Notes: a model not told the origin generated them from the sequence alone. 34,021 nt of DNA from Candidatus Thorarchaeota archaeon (GCA_048884785.1 JBHLQM010000011.1:30473-64493); one strand, 5' to 3'; shown: positions 16,854 to 26,493, counted from the first letter of the stretch. A program made the numbers and translations.

Positions 16854-18487
16854 AATTCTCTGAGAAGTGGCGACTTGCGGGAATCATAGCTACAGAAGTC
16901 AGATTCAAAGGATATCTTGAAACTAATCCGACAAACCTCTCTCGCGTTAAAGAGAATCCAGAGAGAATTGCAAATCAAATCAGGTCTTCTTCTAGGTTTA
17001 CCATACTAATTTCTGCCGTTCTTATACTTACTTTAACAGCGTTAACAATTGGAATGGTTGGCTTTGATGTCACTATTGGTGCAGGAAATATTCGTATGGC
17101 GATTGGGTTTGGCCTTTACCTCTTGTTCAGTTTCGTTATTCTCTTCTTCCTTAACTTGACGACATCAACAGGATTCTTCGGATCTGGAGCAATGAAACTA
17201 CCAGCAACCCTCCCTCTAAGCAGACCAGAGCTAGAGTATCTATCAATACTGTCCTTCGCAAGAGTGTTTATCGCACCCGCCGCTCTTCTTGTCAGCGTGT
17301 ATCCAATCTTTTCGCTATTCTTGTTTGGACCGCTGGCGGCGCTCAGCTCCTTCATAGGATGTGCAGCAACAGTTGCAATCTCTATGGGAGCTTTGCTTGG
17401 ATTCTCAAAATGGTTTCATAAGAAGACACATTCGGCAGACGAATCGAGGATGTCTACAATAGTTCGACTTGCGGCAACATTTGGTCTTGTTTTGGGTTTC
17501 TTGAGCGTATACATGATCAGCAACCTAATGTACGATATAGTGATAGTTTTTGTGTCAATCGCGACTGAGGTTGGACCCACATTATATTGGATTCTCACTC
17601 TAGTCTTTCCATTCTCATTTGGTTTCCTGTCATCTTTTGCAACATACGGGGTTGGTTTTGGAATAGAGACCTTAGCGCTTGGCCTTATTGCTGTATTATT
17701 CTATTCAATAGTTGCTGTCAGAGCCTTTCGTAATGCAGGTGCGATTCTTAGAGAAGTTAGTGTAGGCGGTGCAACCGCAGGCCGGATTGGTCTAATGCGT
17801 GAGATTGTCATGGAGATTGCATCTCCATTAAAGGCATTAGTGAAAAAGGATTTGAAACTAGCATCAAAGAATGTGGGTTCAGCATTTGTATTCGTTGTGC
17901 CTATTTTCTTGGCATTTGTTATGTATCCCATGATATCATTCTGGGGAGATGGAGTTCGAAGTATGACCGGACTTGTTGCCACAGAGTATGCAAACTTCTT
18001 TGCCGGCATTTCGATAGTGTCAATTCTCATGTTCGATTCACAAGGTGCTTCAATTCAAGAGGGACTTCCACAAAGTACCAGAATGACATTGAATGCAAAA
18101 ACGGTGATTGCTTTTCCAATCTATGTCTTCAGCTTAGTAATGATGGCAGTCTTAATTGCACTCCAGCCTCTCTTTACTCCGCTCCTCATCTTCATTCCAT
18201 TAGCTCAGATTCCAGCAGGATACGCGCTTTCTCTACTTGTAGGTGGAGCAATATACTGGAAGCGAGGAGGGGGTCGTGCGGTGGCGATAAGCTTCACATC
18301 AGACTCTTCAATGGTTATGATTGCAGGAGCAATTGCAGGCATAATCGGCATCATCCCCCTATTGGCTTACGGCATAACAATGCTTCTAACTGGATGGCAT
18401 GCACTTTGTCTAGCTACTCAATTCCTATCAGCATTAGCTCTAGCTGGGATTGCGCATAGAACTGTGAATAGAATACTGAAGGATTAG
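16850..18487 (+). CDS. ABC-2-type exporter permease
   Basis: More than 12 TM helices in two halves; ATGA overlap with the ATPase gene. Confidence 0.85.
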   Translation: MKFSEKWRLAGIIATEVRFKGYLETNPTNLSRVKENPERIANQIRSSSRFTILISAVLILTLTALTIGMVGFDVTIGAGNIRMAIGFGLYLLFSFVILFFLNLTTSTGFFGSGAMKLPATLPLSRPELEYLSILSFARVFIAPAALLVSVYPIFSLFLFGPLAALSSFIGCAATVAISMGALLGFSKWFHKKTHSADESRMSTIVRLAATFGLVLGFLSVYMISNLMYDIVIVFVSIATEVGPTLYWILTLVFPFSFGFLSSFATYGVGFGIETLALGLIAVLFYSIVAVRAFRNAGAILREVSVGGATAGRIGLMREIVMEIASPLKALVKKDLKLASKNVGSAFVFVVPIFLAFVMYPMISFWGDGVRSMTGLVATEYANFFAGISIVSILMFDSQGASIQEGLPQSTRMTLNAKTVIAFPIYVFSLVMMAVLIALQPLFTPLLIFIPLAQIPAGYALSLLVGGAIYWKRGGGRAVAISFTSDSSMVMIAGAIAGIIGIIPLLAYGITMLLTGWHALCLATQFLSALALAGIAHRTVNRILKD

Positions 18488-18547
18488 CCCGCTTTGGGAG
18501 GCAGGGCTTGAGGGGTATACTGCCCCTCATCCTTCCGCCATTTTTTT
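18478..18547 (+). terminator. GC-rich structured element followed by T7 after the permease (terminator or tRNA-like RNA)
   Basis: TGAGGGG-tatactg-CCCCTCA hairpin, a second hairpin AGCCC..GGGCT, closing stem GAAGGA/TCCTTC, then CGCCA and TTTTTTT. Confidence 0.55.
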
Positions 18548-18648
18548 AGATTTCACTAGAGCAATCGAGGTTCTTGCATGACGCTTGAGAGAATCTTATA
18601 TACGAGAGCAGTGATTCTTGGGTTGTGAACACCTAGAGGTATCTTATA

Positions 18649-19305
18649 ATGGACCCAATAATTGCCCCTTCAATTCTTTCGGCAAACTTCGCCCGACTTG
18701 AGGAAGATATTAGAAAAGCAGAAGCGGGTAATCCTGATTATTTTCACTTGGATATCATGGATGGTCATTTTGTACCGAATATCTCCTACGGCCCAATGAT
18801 CGCTGAAACAATGAAGAGAATCACTAAGAAGCCACTTGATGCACACCTCATGATTACCAATCCGGACAAGTACATCCCAGCCTTTGTTGAAGCTGGAGTG
18901 GAGATCATCTATCCTCATATCGAATCATCTTATGACGTCTATAGAACGGTTCAGCTTATCACTGACCTAGGGGCAAAGGCAGGCATCACGCTAAATCCAG
19001 GAACTCCGGTCACTTCCGTGGTTCCTCTTATTGAGAAGCTGGATTCAGTTCTCCTGATGAGCGTATGTCCTGGTTTTGGTGGGCAGAAGTTCATCAAATC
19101 AACACTGAAAAAAGTGCGGAGATTAAAGGAGATAATTAATGAATACAAACCAGGTGTGCATATTGCTGTAGACGGAGGAGTTGATGTAAAAACCATAGGT
19201 CCTCTCTACGAAGAAGGTGCTGACTTTTTTGTTGCTGGCTCTGCTGTTTTCAAGGCGAAGGATATCGCTCAAGCTATTAGAGACCTAAGGGCGGCGTGCA
19301 AATAA
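18649..19305 (+). CDS. rpe: Ribulose-phosphate 3-epimerase
   Basis: IAPSILSANF, HLDIMDGHFVPN, DAHLM, MSVCPGFGGQKF, VDGG, VAGS. Confidence 0.97.
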   Translation: MDPIIAPSILSANFARLEEDIRKAEAGNPDYFHLDIMDGHFVPNISYGPMIAETMKRITKKPLDAHLMITNPDKYIPAFVEAGVEIIYPHIESSYDVYRTVQLITDLGAKAGITLNPGTPVTSVVPLIEKLDSVLLMSVCPGFGGQKFIKSTLKKVRRLKEIINEYKPGVHIAVDGGVDVKTIGPLYEEGADFFVAGSAVFKAKDIAQAIRDLRAACK

Positions 19306-19380
19306 ATCACCGACAGACAACGTAATATATGACTCAGCTTGAATTCACAACCAATTACACCTAGGTTTGAGTTGAGTAGG

Positions 19381-20028
19381 ATGAAGTTCTTTATAGACAC
19401 AGCTAATGTAGATGCCATTAGAAAGGCACACGAGCGAGGAATGGTTGATGGAGTAACTACCAATCCCTCGCTTGTTGCAAAAGAAGGACGGGACTTTAGA
19501 CAGGTCATTGATGAGATTGCCTCATTTGTTAAAGGACCAATAAGCTTGGAAGTAGTTGCAGAAGATGCCGAAGGCATGATTAAGGAAGCACGGGAACTGA
19601 ATGGCTGGATAGATAATGCCGCAATCAAGGTCCCATTAACATGGGAGGGTCTGAAAGCTGTACGAGTGCTTGCTGGTGAGGATATCAAGACCAATGTAAC
19701 TCTGTGTTTCAGTGCTAATCAGGCGCTTCTGGCCGCAAAAGCCGGAGCTACATTCGTATCTCCATTCATTGGTAGGCTTGATGACGTAGGACAGACAGGT
19801 ATGCAGCTCATCGCAGATATCGCAGAAATCTATACCAACTATGGATATGCGACAGAAATCATTGTGGCAAGCATCCGACATCCGATTCATGTCTATGAGG
19901 CTGCACTCCTAGGAGCGGATATAGCCACAATACCACCCGAGGTTCTAGATAAAATGGTGAATCATCCTTTGACAGATGTAGGCATAAAGAAGTTCTTGGC
20001 CGACTGGGAGAAGGTCAAAAAGAGGTAA
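19381..20028 (+). CDS. tal: Transaldolase (short TalC/FSA-like family)
   Basis: [14 protein letters not shown], Schiff-base [17 protein letters not shown]. Glu in ISLEV and Phe in SPFIGR favour transaldolase over F6P aldolase. Confidence 0.93.
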   Translation: MKFFIDTANVDAIRKAHERGMVDGVTTNPSLVAKEGRDFRQVIDEIASFVKGPISLEVVAEDAEGMIKEARELNGWIDNAAIKVPLTWEGLKAVRVLAGEDIKTNVTLCFSANQALLAAKAGATFVSPFIGRLDDVGQTGMQLIADIAEIYTNYGYATEIIVASIRHPIHVYEAALLGADIATIPPEVLDKMVNHPLTDVGIKKFLADWEKVKKR

Positions 20029-20096
20029 AAGACGAATAGTTCCAAGAGAAGAATATTATATGATAAATCCCAGATGTATTTTTGGAGAGATTGTAG

Positions 20097-21656
20097 ATGA
20101 AAATTGTGGCAGATCTTGTAGTTGTTAATGCAAACATAATCACGATGGATCCTGAGAAACCTCGTGCAAGCTCACTAGCAGTAAAAAGTTACAAGGTTAT
20201 CACAGTTGGAACTGAAGACGATGTATTAGACCTAATCCCACATGCAAAACGTGTCATGGATCTCGGTGGGAAAACTGTCATTCCTGGTTTTGTGGATGCC
20301 CACACGCACCTCACAAGCACTGGGATAAGGTCTAGCCAAGTCAATCTCTCATCAGTTGCATCTTCTGAAGAGGCAATTGATGCACTCAAAACCTATAGTG
20401 AATCAAATCCAGAGAAAGAGTGGATTATAGGTTGGGGATATGATGAAAGCAAATGGGAAAGGCGAAGATATCTCAACTCGAAAGACTTGGACAAGGTGAG
20501 TACAAAGAAACCTGTGGTGGCTATCCGCATAGATGGACATCTCATGTCTGTGAACACACTCGGACTGAAAAGAGTTGGAATAAATCTGAATCAAGCAGGA
20601 GTGGAACGCAACAAGAAAGGAGAACCAACTGGGATTCTCAAAGACATTGATGGTATGCATGACAAGTTGAGAGGCACTCCAGAAGAGATACAGGAAGGTA
20701 TCATTGCAGGAACAAGAATTGCAGCTTCGTTTGGAATAACAACTGCAATAGACAATATTGCTGAGGGCTATCTAAGGCAAATAAGAGAGGTTGAGAAACG
20801 AAACGAGATGTATGCACGTATGGTTGTCAACATTCCATTTGAACAGATTAGTCATCTACTAAAACTCGGCATCACAACTGGAATGGGAACGCCCATTACA
20901 AGAATCGGGGGTCTGAAAATTTTCACTGATGGCTCTATAGGAGCCATGACGGCAGCAGTCAGCAAATCATTCAAAGGGTCCAGAAGCAATCTTGGAATGC
21001 TGCTTATTGAGAAAAAGAAGTACCTCAGCATTTTGCGGAAGGCGATTGCTGGAGGGCTTCAAACGGTCACACATGCTATTGGTGATAGAGCCATTGAAAT
21101 GGTCTTGTCTGCTTTTGAAGAATTGAGCGAAGAAGAAAAGAGTATTGTCAGGGTTCAGCGACACAGAATAGAACACGCAGAAATGATAACCGAAGACCAG
21201 ATTAGAAGGGCTGTTGCTCTCGGGTTAATACTATCAATGCAGCCCAATTTTGTTGCCAAATGGCAATTGGAAGACGGTCTCTATGAGCAGCGGTTCGAGA
21301 AGGCAAGAGTGGATTCAATGAATATGTTTCGGGTCGCTCTAGATAACGGAGCCCGTATCTGTTTTGGGTCCGATGGTATGCCGCTGGGACCTCTCTATGG
21401 TATTTGGGCTGCAACCAATCATCCGAATCCCAGCGTAAGATTAACAGTTGAAGAAGCTCTGAGATGCTATACAAGAGAGAGTGCATACGCCTCTTTCCTA
21501 GAAAGAACTGTTGGAGTTATAAAAGAAGGAGCGAGAGCAGATTTCGTTGTGCTATCAAATGACATTCTCTCGATCCCGCCTCCCAGGATAAATGAGATCG
21601 AAATAGAAATGACTATTCTTGGCGGAGAAACTGTTCATTCTTCTCTTGAGGGGTAG
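20097..21656 (+). CDS. Amidohydrolase 3 family (YtcJ-like) metal-dependent hydrolase
   Basis: PGFVDAHTH, KIFTDGS, HAIGDRA, RIEHA, FGSD, GARADFVVL. Confidence 0.92.
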   Translation: MKIVADLVVVNANIITMDPEKPRASSLAVKSYKVITVGTEDDVLDLIPHAKRVMDLGGKTVIPGFVDAHTHLTSTGIRSSQVNLSSVASSEEAIDALKTYSESNPEKEWIIGWGYDESKWERRRYLNSKDLDKVSTKKPVVAIRIDGHLMSVNTLGLKRVGINLNQAGVERNKKGEPTGILKDIDGMHDKLRGTPEEIQEGIIAGTRIAASFGITTAIDNIAEGYLRQIREVEKRNEMYARMVVNIPFEQISHLLKLGITTGMGTPITRIGGLKIFTDGSIGAMTAAVSKSFKGSRSNLGMLLIEKKKYLSILRKAIAGGLQTVTHAIGDRAIEMVLSAFEELSEEEKSIVRVQRHRIEHAEMITEDQIRRAVALGLILSMQPNFVAKWQLEDGLYEQRFEKARVDSMNMFRVALDNGARICFGSDGMPLGPLYGIWAATNHPNPSVRLTVEEALRCYTRESAYASFLERTVGVIKEGARADFVVLSNDILSIPPPRINEIEIEMTILGGETVHSSLEG

Positions 21657-21658
21657 TA

Positions 21659-23455
21659 ATGGGAAAAATCCGTGTCCTTGATGAAGCTTTAGTGTCGCTC
21701 ATATCAGCAGGCGAAGTCATAGAGAACCCCTCTTCAGTTGTAAAGGAATTAATCGAGAACTCCCTTGATGCAAACGCGACAAATATTGAGATTCAGATTC
21801 AGAAGGGAGGTATTGATTCCGTCACAGTATCAGATAATGGTGAAGGAATTCTGAAGGAAGACTGCCTAGTATGTACTCTACGGCATTCGACCAGCAAGAT
21901 ATCTTCTCGAGATGATATCGATTCGATTCTTACATATGGCTTCAGGGGGGAAGCCCTCGCAAGTATAGCGGCAGTGGCCAACCTTGAGATTGTCACTCGT
22001 CATGGAAAAGAGGAAATTGGTACCAGAATAAAGTCAGCAGCCGGCCAAATCCCAACACTTTCTGATGCATCACGCCCGCAGGGCACCAAAGTTGAAGTTA
22101 CTGAGCTCTTTAGGAATATTCCTGCTCGGAAAAAACATCTCTCTGATCCACGCGTAGAGAGCCAACGAGTTCTTGATTCTATAATGAGACATGCTATTAT
22201 CCGGAATGACATTGGATTCCGGTTCTCCAGAGATGGTAAAGTCATGCTCGATTGCCCGAGTGGTCAAAGCGCATCAGATAGAGTGCTTTCGGTATGGGGC
22301 TCGGATATCGCAAGTCGTTTGATAGAAATAAGTCAGAAGAAGAAAGGAATCACGATTTCAGGATTCATTGCAGAACCTTCAATGTCGAGAGGGAATCGTG
22401 GTAGAGAGCTATTCTCAGTAAGGAAGCGGCCTATAGAAGACCAATTACTCAGCCAGACTGTAGAGAATGCATATTCAACACTTCTCATGAAAGGTAGGTA
22501 TCCAATCTTTGCTATTGATATTGACATGGATGTAGCAAAGGTTGATGCTAATGTTCATCCAACAAAACGCGAGGTTAGATTACTTGATCTCGAATTGGTT
22601 CGAGAAATACTCAAAGAAGTCATCTCAGAGGCCCTATCTGATTCAACGCCAGCTATTCCACAGGAATCACTTGAAGAACTCGTCGAATCACAGCAACTGA
22701 TTGGAGAAGCAGCTAGTCTCTTTCCAGATGTGACTTCCGCCCGTTCGGAAGGGAGAGCATTGCTCTTAGAAGAAACCAGGTTAGTACAACCCACACCGTC
22801 AGCAACACCCGATGTAGAGATAGAAGAGCTGGGTAGAATCTTCAATATTCTTGGTCAAGTGAATATGCTGTATATTGTTGCCGCAACAGAAAATGGACTT
22901 GTTCTTGTTGACCAGCATGCTGCCCATGAACGAATTCTCTATGAGAAATACAGAAATCAAGTCAACAATGGAACAGTTGTCATTCAGGAATTACTTGAAC
23001 CCATTGTACTCAAGCTTGGTCCTGGTGAAGCAGAGAAGATTTTGGCACTGGATGAAACACTTGAATCACTTGGATACACAATAGGAAGCTTTGGTGGAAA
23101 TGAGGTCCTTGTATCAACACTTCCTGAAATTCTTGGCCAACGAGCATCGGAGGAAGAGCTGATTGCTCTGGTTGACAGGATTTTGGAAATTGGGATTAAG
23201 GATGGATTGGAGCAATTCATGGACGAGCTAGTCAAACTCACTGCATGCCATTCTGCAATTCGTTCCGGACAGATGATTGGCCATGAAATGGCGAAAAGAC
23301 TGATCAATGACCTATTCAAGACTGAAGGAAAATTCCACTGCGCGCATGGTAGACCCACCATTATCAGAATAGATACGAAAGAGCTGAACACAAGATTCGG
23401 AAGAACTGGCGCAGAAGCCATCGAGAGATTTCGTGCAAGGCATAGATTGAGGTAG
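21659..23455 (+). CDS. mutL: DNA mismatch repair endonuclease MutL
   Basis: AGEVIE, KELIENSLDA, DNGEG, GFRGEALAS, DANVHPTKREV, DQHAAHERILYE, ACH, CAHGRPT. Confidence 0.97.
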   Translation: MGKIRVLDEALVSLISAGEVIENPSSVVKELIENSLDANATNIEIQIQKGGIDSVTVSDNGEGILKEDCLVCTLRHSTSKISSRDDIDSILTYGFRGEALASIAAVANLEIVTRHGKEEIGTRIKSAAGQIPTLSDASRPQGTKVEVTELFRNIPARKKHLSDPRVESQRVLDSIMRHAIIRNDIGFRFSRDGKVMLDCPSGQSASDRVLSVWGSDIASRLIEISQKKKGITISGFIAEPSMSRGNRGRELFSVRKRPIEDQLLSQTVENAYSTLLMKGRYPIFAIDIDMDVAKVDANVHPTKREVRLLDLELVREILKEVISEALSDSTPAIPQESLEELVESQQLIGEAASLFPDVTSARSEGRALLLEETRLVQPTPSATPDVEIEELGRIFNILGQVNMLYIVAATENGLVLVDQHAAHERILYEKYRNQVNNGTVVIQELLEPIVLKLGPGEAEKILALDETLESLGYTIGSFGGNEVLVSTLPEILGQRASEEELIALVDRILEIGIKDGLEQFMDELVKLTACHSAIRSGQMIGHEMAKRLINDLFKTEGKFHCAHGRPTIIRIDTKELNTRFGRTGAEAIERFRARHRLR

Positions 23456-23568
23456 ATATCAGCTCACCCTAAATCGAAAATCATAGGTTTGGAAGGTTGA
23501 ATCAAACGTTGCTCTCATGATTCATTTTTTTACTAAAGAAAAGAAACTGGTTCCTGAGTTGGCAGTCT

Positions 23569-24348
23569 ATGGTGCAGCTCTCATCGGCAATAATCGGGTC
23601 GGGAATACTTGAGATCCGGGAGAGGCTCAAGGAAATATCCGGAGGGAGAATTCTAGACATTGGAACTTGTGAGGGAGGCTTCATCAATACACTGATGAAA
23701 ACGCTGAAGAATTATGATTCGTTTGTGGGGATTGATATCTCAGAAGACAATTTGGATAAAGCATGGAAGGAATTTGAAGGAAAGCCTGTGGAATTCATAA
23801 GAATGAATGCAGAAGAGCTATCCTTTGAGGATAAGACATTTGATACAGTTTGCATTTCTTTCACACTTCATCACCTTGAGAACATCAATCCAGTTTTGAA
23901 AGAAGCCAGGAGAGTATTGAAACCCAATGGCCTTTTCATAATCCAAGAGATGATATCAGATGGAAACCAAAGCGAAGCACAACATACTGACATACTAATT
24001 CATCATTGGGATGCGGAAGTAGATGCGGCAATGAATATCCCACATTTTGAAACCTTTCTGGGGAATCGTTTGAAAGAAATGGTACGCAGCATGGAATTCA
24101 GCAGGCTGGAGGTCTTTGAGGCATCACGTCCCATAAAATGTCTATTCTGTGACAAGGCTGCAGAGTGTGATGATCCTAGAGGCAGTATTCCAAAAGGCGA
24201 AGCTTTCAGTGATATAGATAAAACCTTGGAGAGAGCGAAGGGCTTGGAAGACTATGAAAGGCATTTGGCCATTGCTGAATCCCTTAAAAGAAGGGTAGAA
24301 GCCTACGGAAGCTCACCTGCATCCTATCTGTTCTTCATAGCCGGATGA
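23569..24348 (+). CDS. Class I SAM-dependent methyltransferase
   Basis: RILDIGTCEG, GIDIS, NAEELSFEDKTFD, LHHL, RVLKPNG; exact start uncertain. Confidence 0.88.
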   Translation: MVQLSSAIIGSGILEIRERLKEISGGRILDIGTCEGGFINTLMKTLKNYDSFVGIDISEDNLDKAWKEFEGKPVEFIRMNAEELSFEDKTFDTVCISFTLHHLENINPVLKEARRVLKPNGLFIIQEMISDGNQSEAQHTDILIHHWDAEVDAAMNIPHFETFLGNRLKEMVRSMEFSRLEVFEASRPIKCLFCDKAAECDDPRGSIPKGEAFSDIDKTLERAKGLEDYERHLAIAESLKRRVEAYGSSPASYLFFIAG

Positions 24349-24930
24349 ATGAGGGCCTAATACCGAGATTAGAGATAGATGATGATCTATGGGTTTTTGG
24401 CGCAGTACTGCACACTTATAACACAATAAAAACAGGCCGAGTTTGTACATGGGTCGTGTTGATAATGCAGACAAGCCGTTTCTGCTCGGGTCAGCATGAA
24501 TGATTTTTACATTATTCGTGTCTGATGACGAGCTTCAGACACACTGAAAATTGATGATAGGCCGATCATTCAACTCTGTCACTGATTACTGGAATGACAT
24601 CAGTTCCATTTTTTCAAAGACGGCTGCGATATTCTATCATACTCAGCATGCTATGGCATGAAGATTCACGACTCAGTAACCAATATTCGGAGGTGCCAAC
24701 GATTCTACCAACAGAAAACAACACTATAACCAAGAACAATGCAAGGTGTTCACCAAAGGTAGCGGTGCGAAGGACTAGCGTTCCTCCGAAGAAACGCATT
24801 ATTCTCATTGCTACCTCAGATCAGAACAATATTGTAAGATGCAGAAGATACTGTGAGGGAATACCTCTAAGGGCTCTTGTGTATAAGAGAGATGGAGGCC
24901 GCCACTTCATTTAATATCTGTTCTCAAAAT

Positions 24931-24974
24931 GGCTGCTTGTAGCTATCACCTATAGCAGCCAATCCTCTTTTTTT
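24931..24974 (+). terminator. Hairpin plus T-run
   Basis: GGCTGCT...AGCAGCC stem followed by T7 at 24968-24974. Confidence 0.4.
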
Positions 24975-25055
24975 GTCATTTCAGAAAGAGTGCTAGGAAT
25001 TCGACTCTACAAAACAGCTTATTAACAGGCAACATTCACAGGGCATTGAAATATA

Positions 25056-25955
25056 ATGCTGCAAATGCTTCTCACCGGAGTTATCATTGGGATCCTATTG
25101 GCAATTTTGACCTCTCTGTTTTGGAATATAGCCCCTGTGATTCAGAAAGAAGCACTTGAGGGAATGGAGAAGATCGAAGCCGGCTCCGCAACAAGGCACA
25201 CACGAGCTCTCTTCTCAAATAAGAAGTGGACACTAGGATTCTCAATGTCAGTCTTGGGAGGCTTGACCTACCTCTTTGCCACTCAAATGGCTGGAATTGT
25301 GGTTGTTCAGCCTCTAATGAATGTTGGACTGATTGCACTTGTTATCCTATCTTCACGGCGTCTAGGTGAGGAGATTGATCTGCAGGCAATACTTGGGATT
25401 GTTTTGCTAATACTAACACCAGTCTTCATTGCATTTGGAGGTGTAACGGAGCCAATCATGTTTGTAGACTTCTTCACAATACTGGTCTTTAGCATTATAC
25501 TCTTGGTCGGAATAGGCATCATGATTCCAGCCTCAAGGATGTATCCAATTCTATGGGCACCTATCACCTCATTTCTACAAGCGCTTGCATCGATTTTTAC
25601 ACAGTGGTTCACACTTGCACTTTTTGGCGGAGTGGATCTCATTCAAGGATTCGTAAGTGCAATCGTTCCGCTGATTCTGATGGGAGGTTTTACCTTCGCA
25701 GCAGGGGTGTACGCGGTTTCAATTGGCCTTCAGAAGAATCCGGCTGCGAGGTTCAATGCGATTGTAGGTACAGTTAGTATGTTCGCAGTGATATTTGGCG
25801 GGACTCTAATTTATAGTCAAGTGATGACCAACATGATATTCTACATTATTGGACTCGCGTGTGGGGTTGTCGGTGTTATTCTTTTAAGCAAATATCAAGA
25901 AATGGTAGAAGAAGCTGAGGATGAAGAACATGAAACTGGCATTCAAACCAATTAA
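25056..25955 (+). CDS. DMT-superfamily (EamA/NIPA-like) membrane transporter
   Basis: ~9 TM; IQKEA, KWTLG, VVVQPL, RLGE pattern typical of DMT/NIPA-like proteins. Confidence 0.7.
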   Translation: MLQMLLTGVIIGILLAILTSLFWNIAPVIQKEALEGMEKIEAGSATRHTRALFSNKKWTLGFSMSVLGGLTYLFATQMAGIVVVQPLMNVGLIALVILSSRRLGEEIDLQAILGIVLLILTPVFIAFGGVTEPIMFVDFFTILVFSIILLVGIGIMIPASRMYPILWAPITSFLQALASIFTQWFTLALFGGVDLIQGFVSAIVPLILMGGFTFAAGVYAVSIGLQKNPAARFNAIVGTVSMFAVIFGGTLIYSQVMTNMIFYIIGLACGVVGVILLSKYQEMVEEAEDEEHETGIQTN

Positions 25956-26493
25956 ACCAGATGCAGCTATTCAAAGCATTACCACACTTCTAGAATCAAT
26001 TGTGCTTGTAAAGGCAGAACAGTATGAAATTGACACAGATGTTCACCTGAATCATTCATTCTTTGCTGATTCCCGGAAGTTCAGATTCTTCTTTGAGGAG
26101 TTTGCCAGATTTGCCAATCCGCTATGGGGAAAAGAGTGGAATTTCAGCAAGTTTCCGTTTAGACAGACAGCCAAGGAACTAACTTGTTTGTATCCTGTCC
26201 TAAAAAGAAATGGAGTTTATCAAACTCATGAATCCATCACCGATGTAAATGAGATAGAAGGTGAATTCAAACATAGATTCAGAGGGACATCTTCTGAGAT
26301 AGTGATTCTATGTGCTGTTAATTACGCAGAGCATGATGAGAAAACAAAGTCAGTTTCAGTGAGTCCTACTGAATTGGCAGAGCTTGCGAGGGTATCTTCT
26401 TGGTTCTTCGGAATCTCGTGGGATAATTTAATTTTCATAGTAAATCCTGAAAAATTGGCTCTCTACGTGATTGCGTTCACGGAAGAACAATAA
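25930..26493 (+). CDS. Hypothetical protein
   Basis: ~187-aa ORF overlapping the DMT stop; aromatic C-terminal motif SWFFGISWD; start 25930 or 25921. Confidence 0.7.
   Translation: MKLAFKPIKPDAAIQSITTLLESIVLVKAEQYEIDTDVHLNHSFFADSRKFRFFFEEFARFANPLWGKEWNFSKFPFRQTAKELTCLYPVLKRNGVYQTHESITDVNEIEGEFKHRFRGTSSEIVILCAVNYAEHDEKTKSVSVSPTELAELARVSSWFFGISWDNLIFIVNPEKLALYVIAFTEEQ

Noticed and set aside
18478-18540. Canonical tRNA (Sec/Ser-like 3' end TCCGCCA)
   Set aside because: Too short, with no D arm, anticodon arm or TTC loop; kept only as a tRNA-like structure.
23569-24348. Methyltransferase as MenG/UbiE completing the menaquinone pathway
   Set aside because: Only generic class I motifs are present, it lacks the UbiE N-terminal YDxxN pattern, and it lies 20 kb from menA.
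24522-24582. CTGATGA...GAAA resembling a hammerhead ribozyme core
   Set aside because: Stem II and stem I cannot pair as required, and the CTGA is part of a different hairpin.
24449-24680. Frame with several in-frame TGA codons (selenoprotein?)
   Set aside because: No redox motif context or recognisable SECIS, and the product resembles no selenoprotein family I know.
24876-24889. 14-nt match to the IS50/Tn5 end (CTCTTATACACAAG on the minus strand)
   Set aside because: The terminal CTG is missing, there is no partner end or transposase, and it is not the full Nextera mosaic end; probably chance, though read mapping could exclude an adapter artefact.
24738-24910. Fragments reminiscent of fluoride or cobalamin riboswitches (GGTGTTCACC, CGGTGCGAA, GATGGAGGCCGCC)
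   Set aside because: The required pairing partners and downstream conserved motifs are absent.
24594-24914. 106-aa + strand ORF and 64-aa - strand ORF
   Set aside because: No convincing family or protein-like composition; not called as CDS and discussed only under the gap finding.
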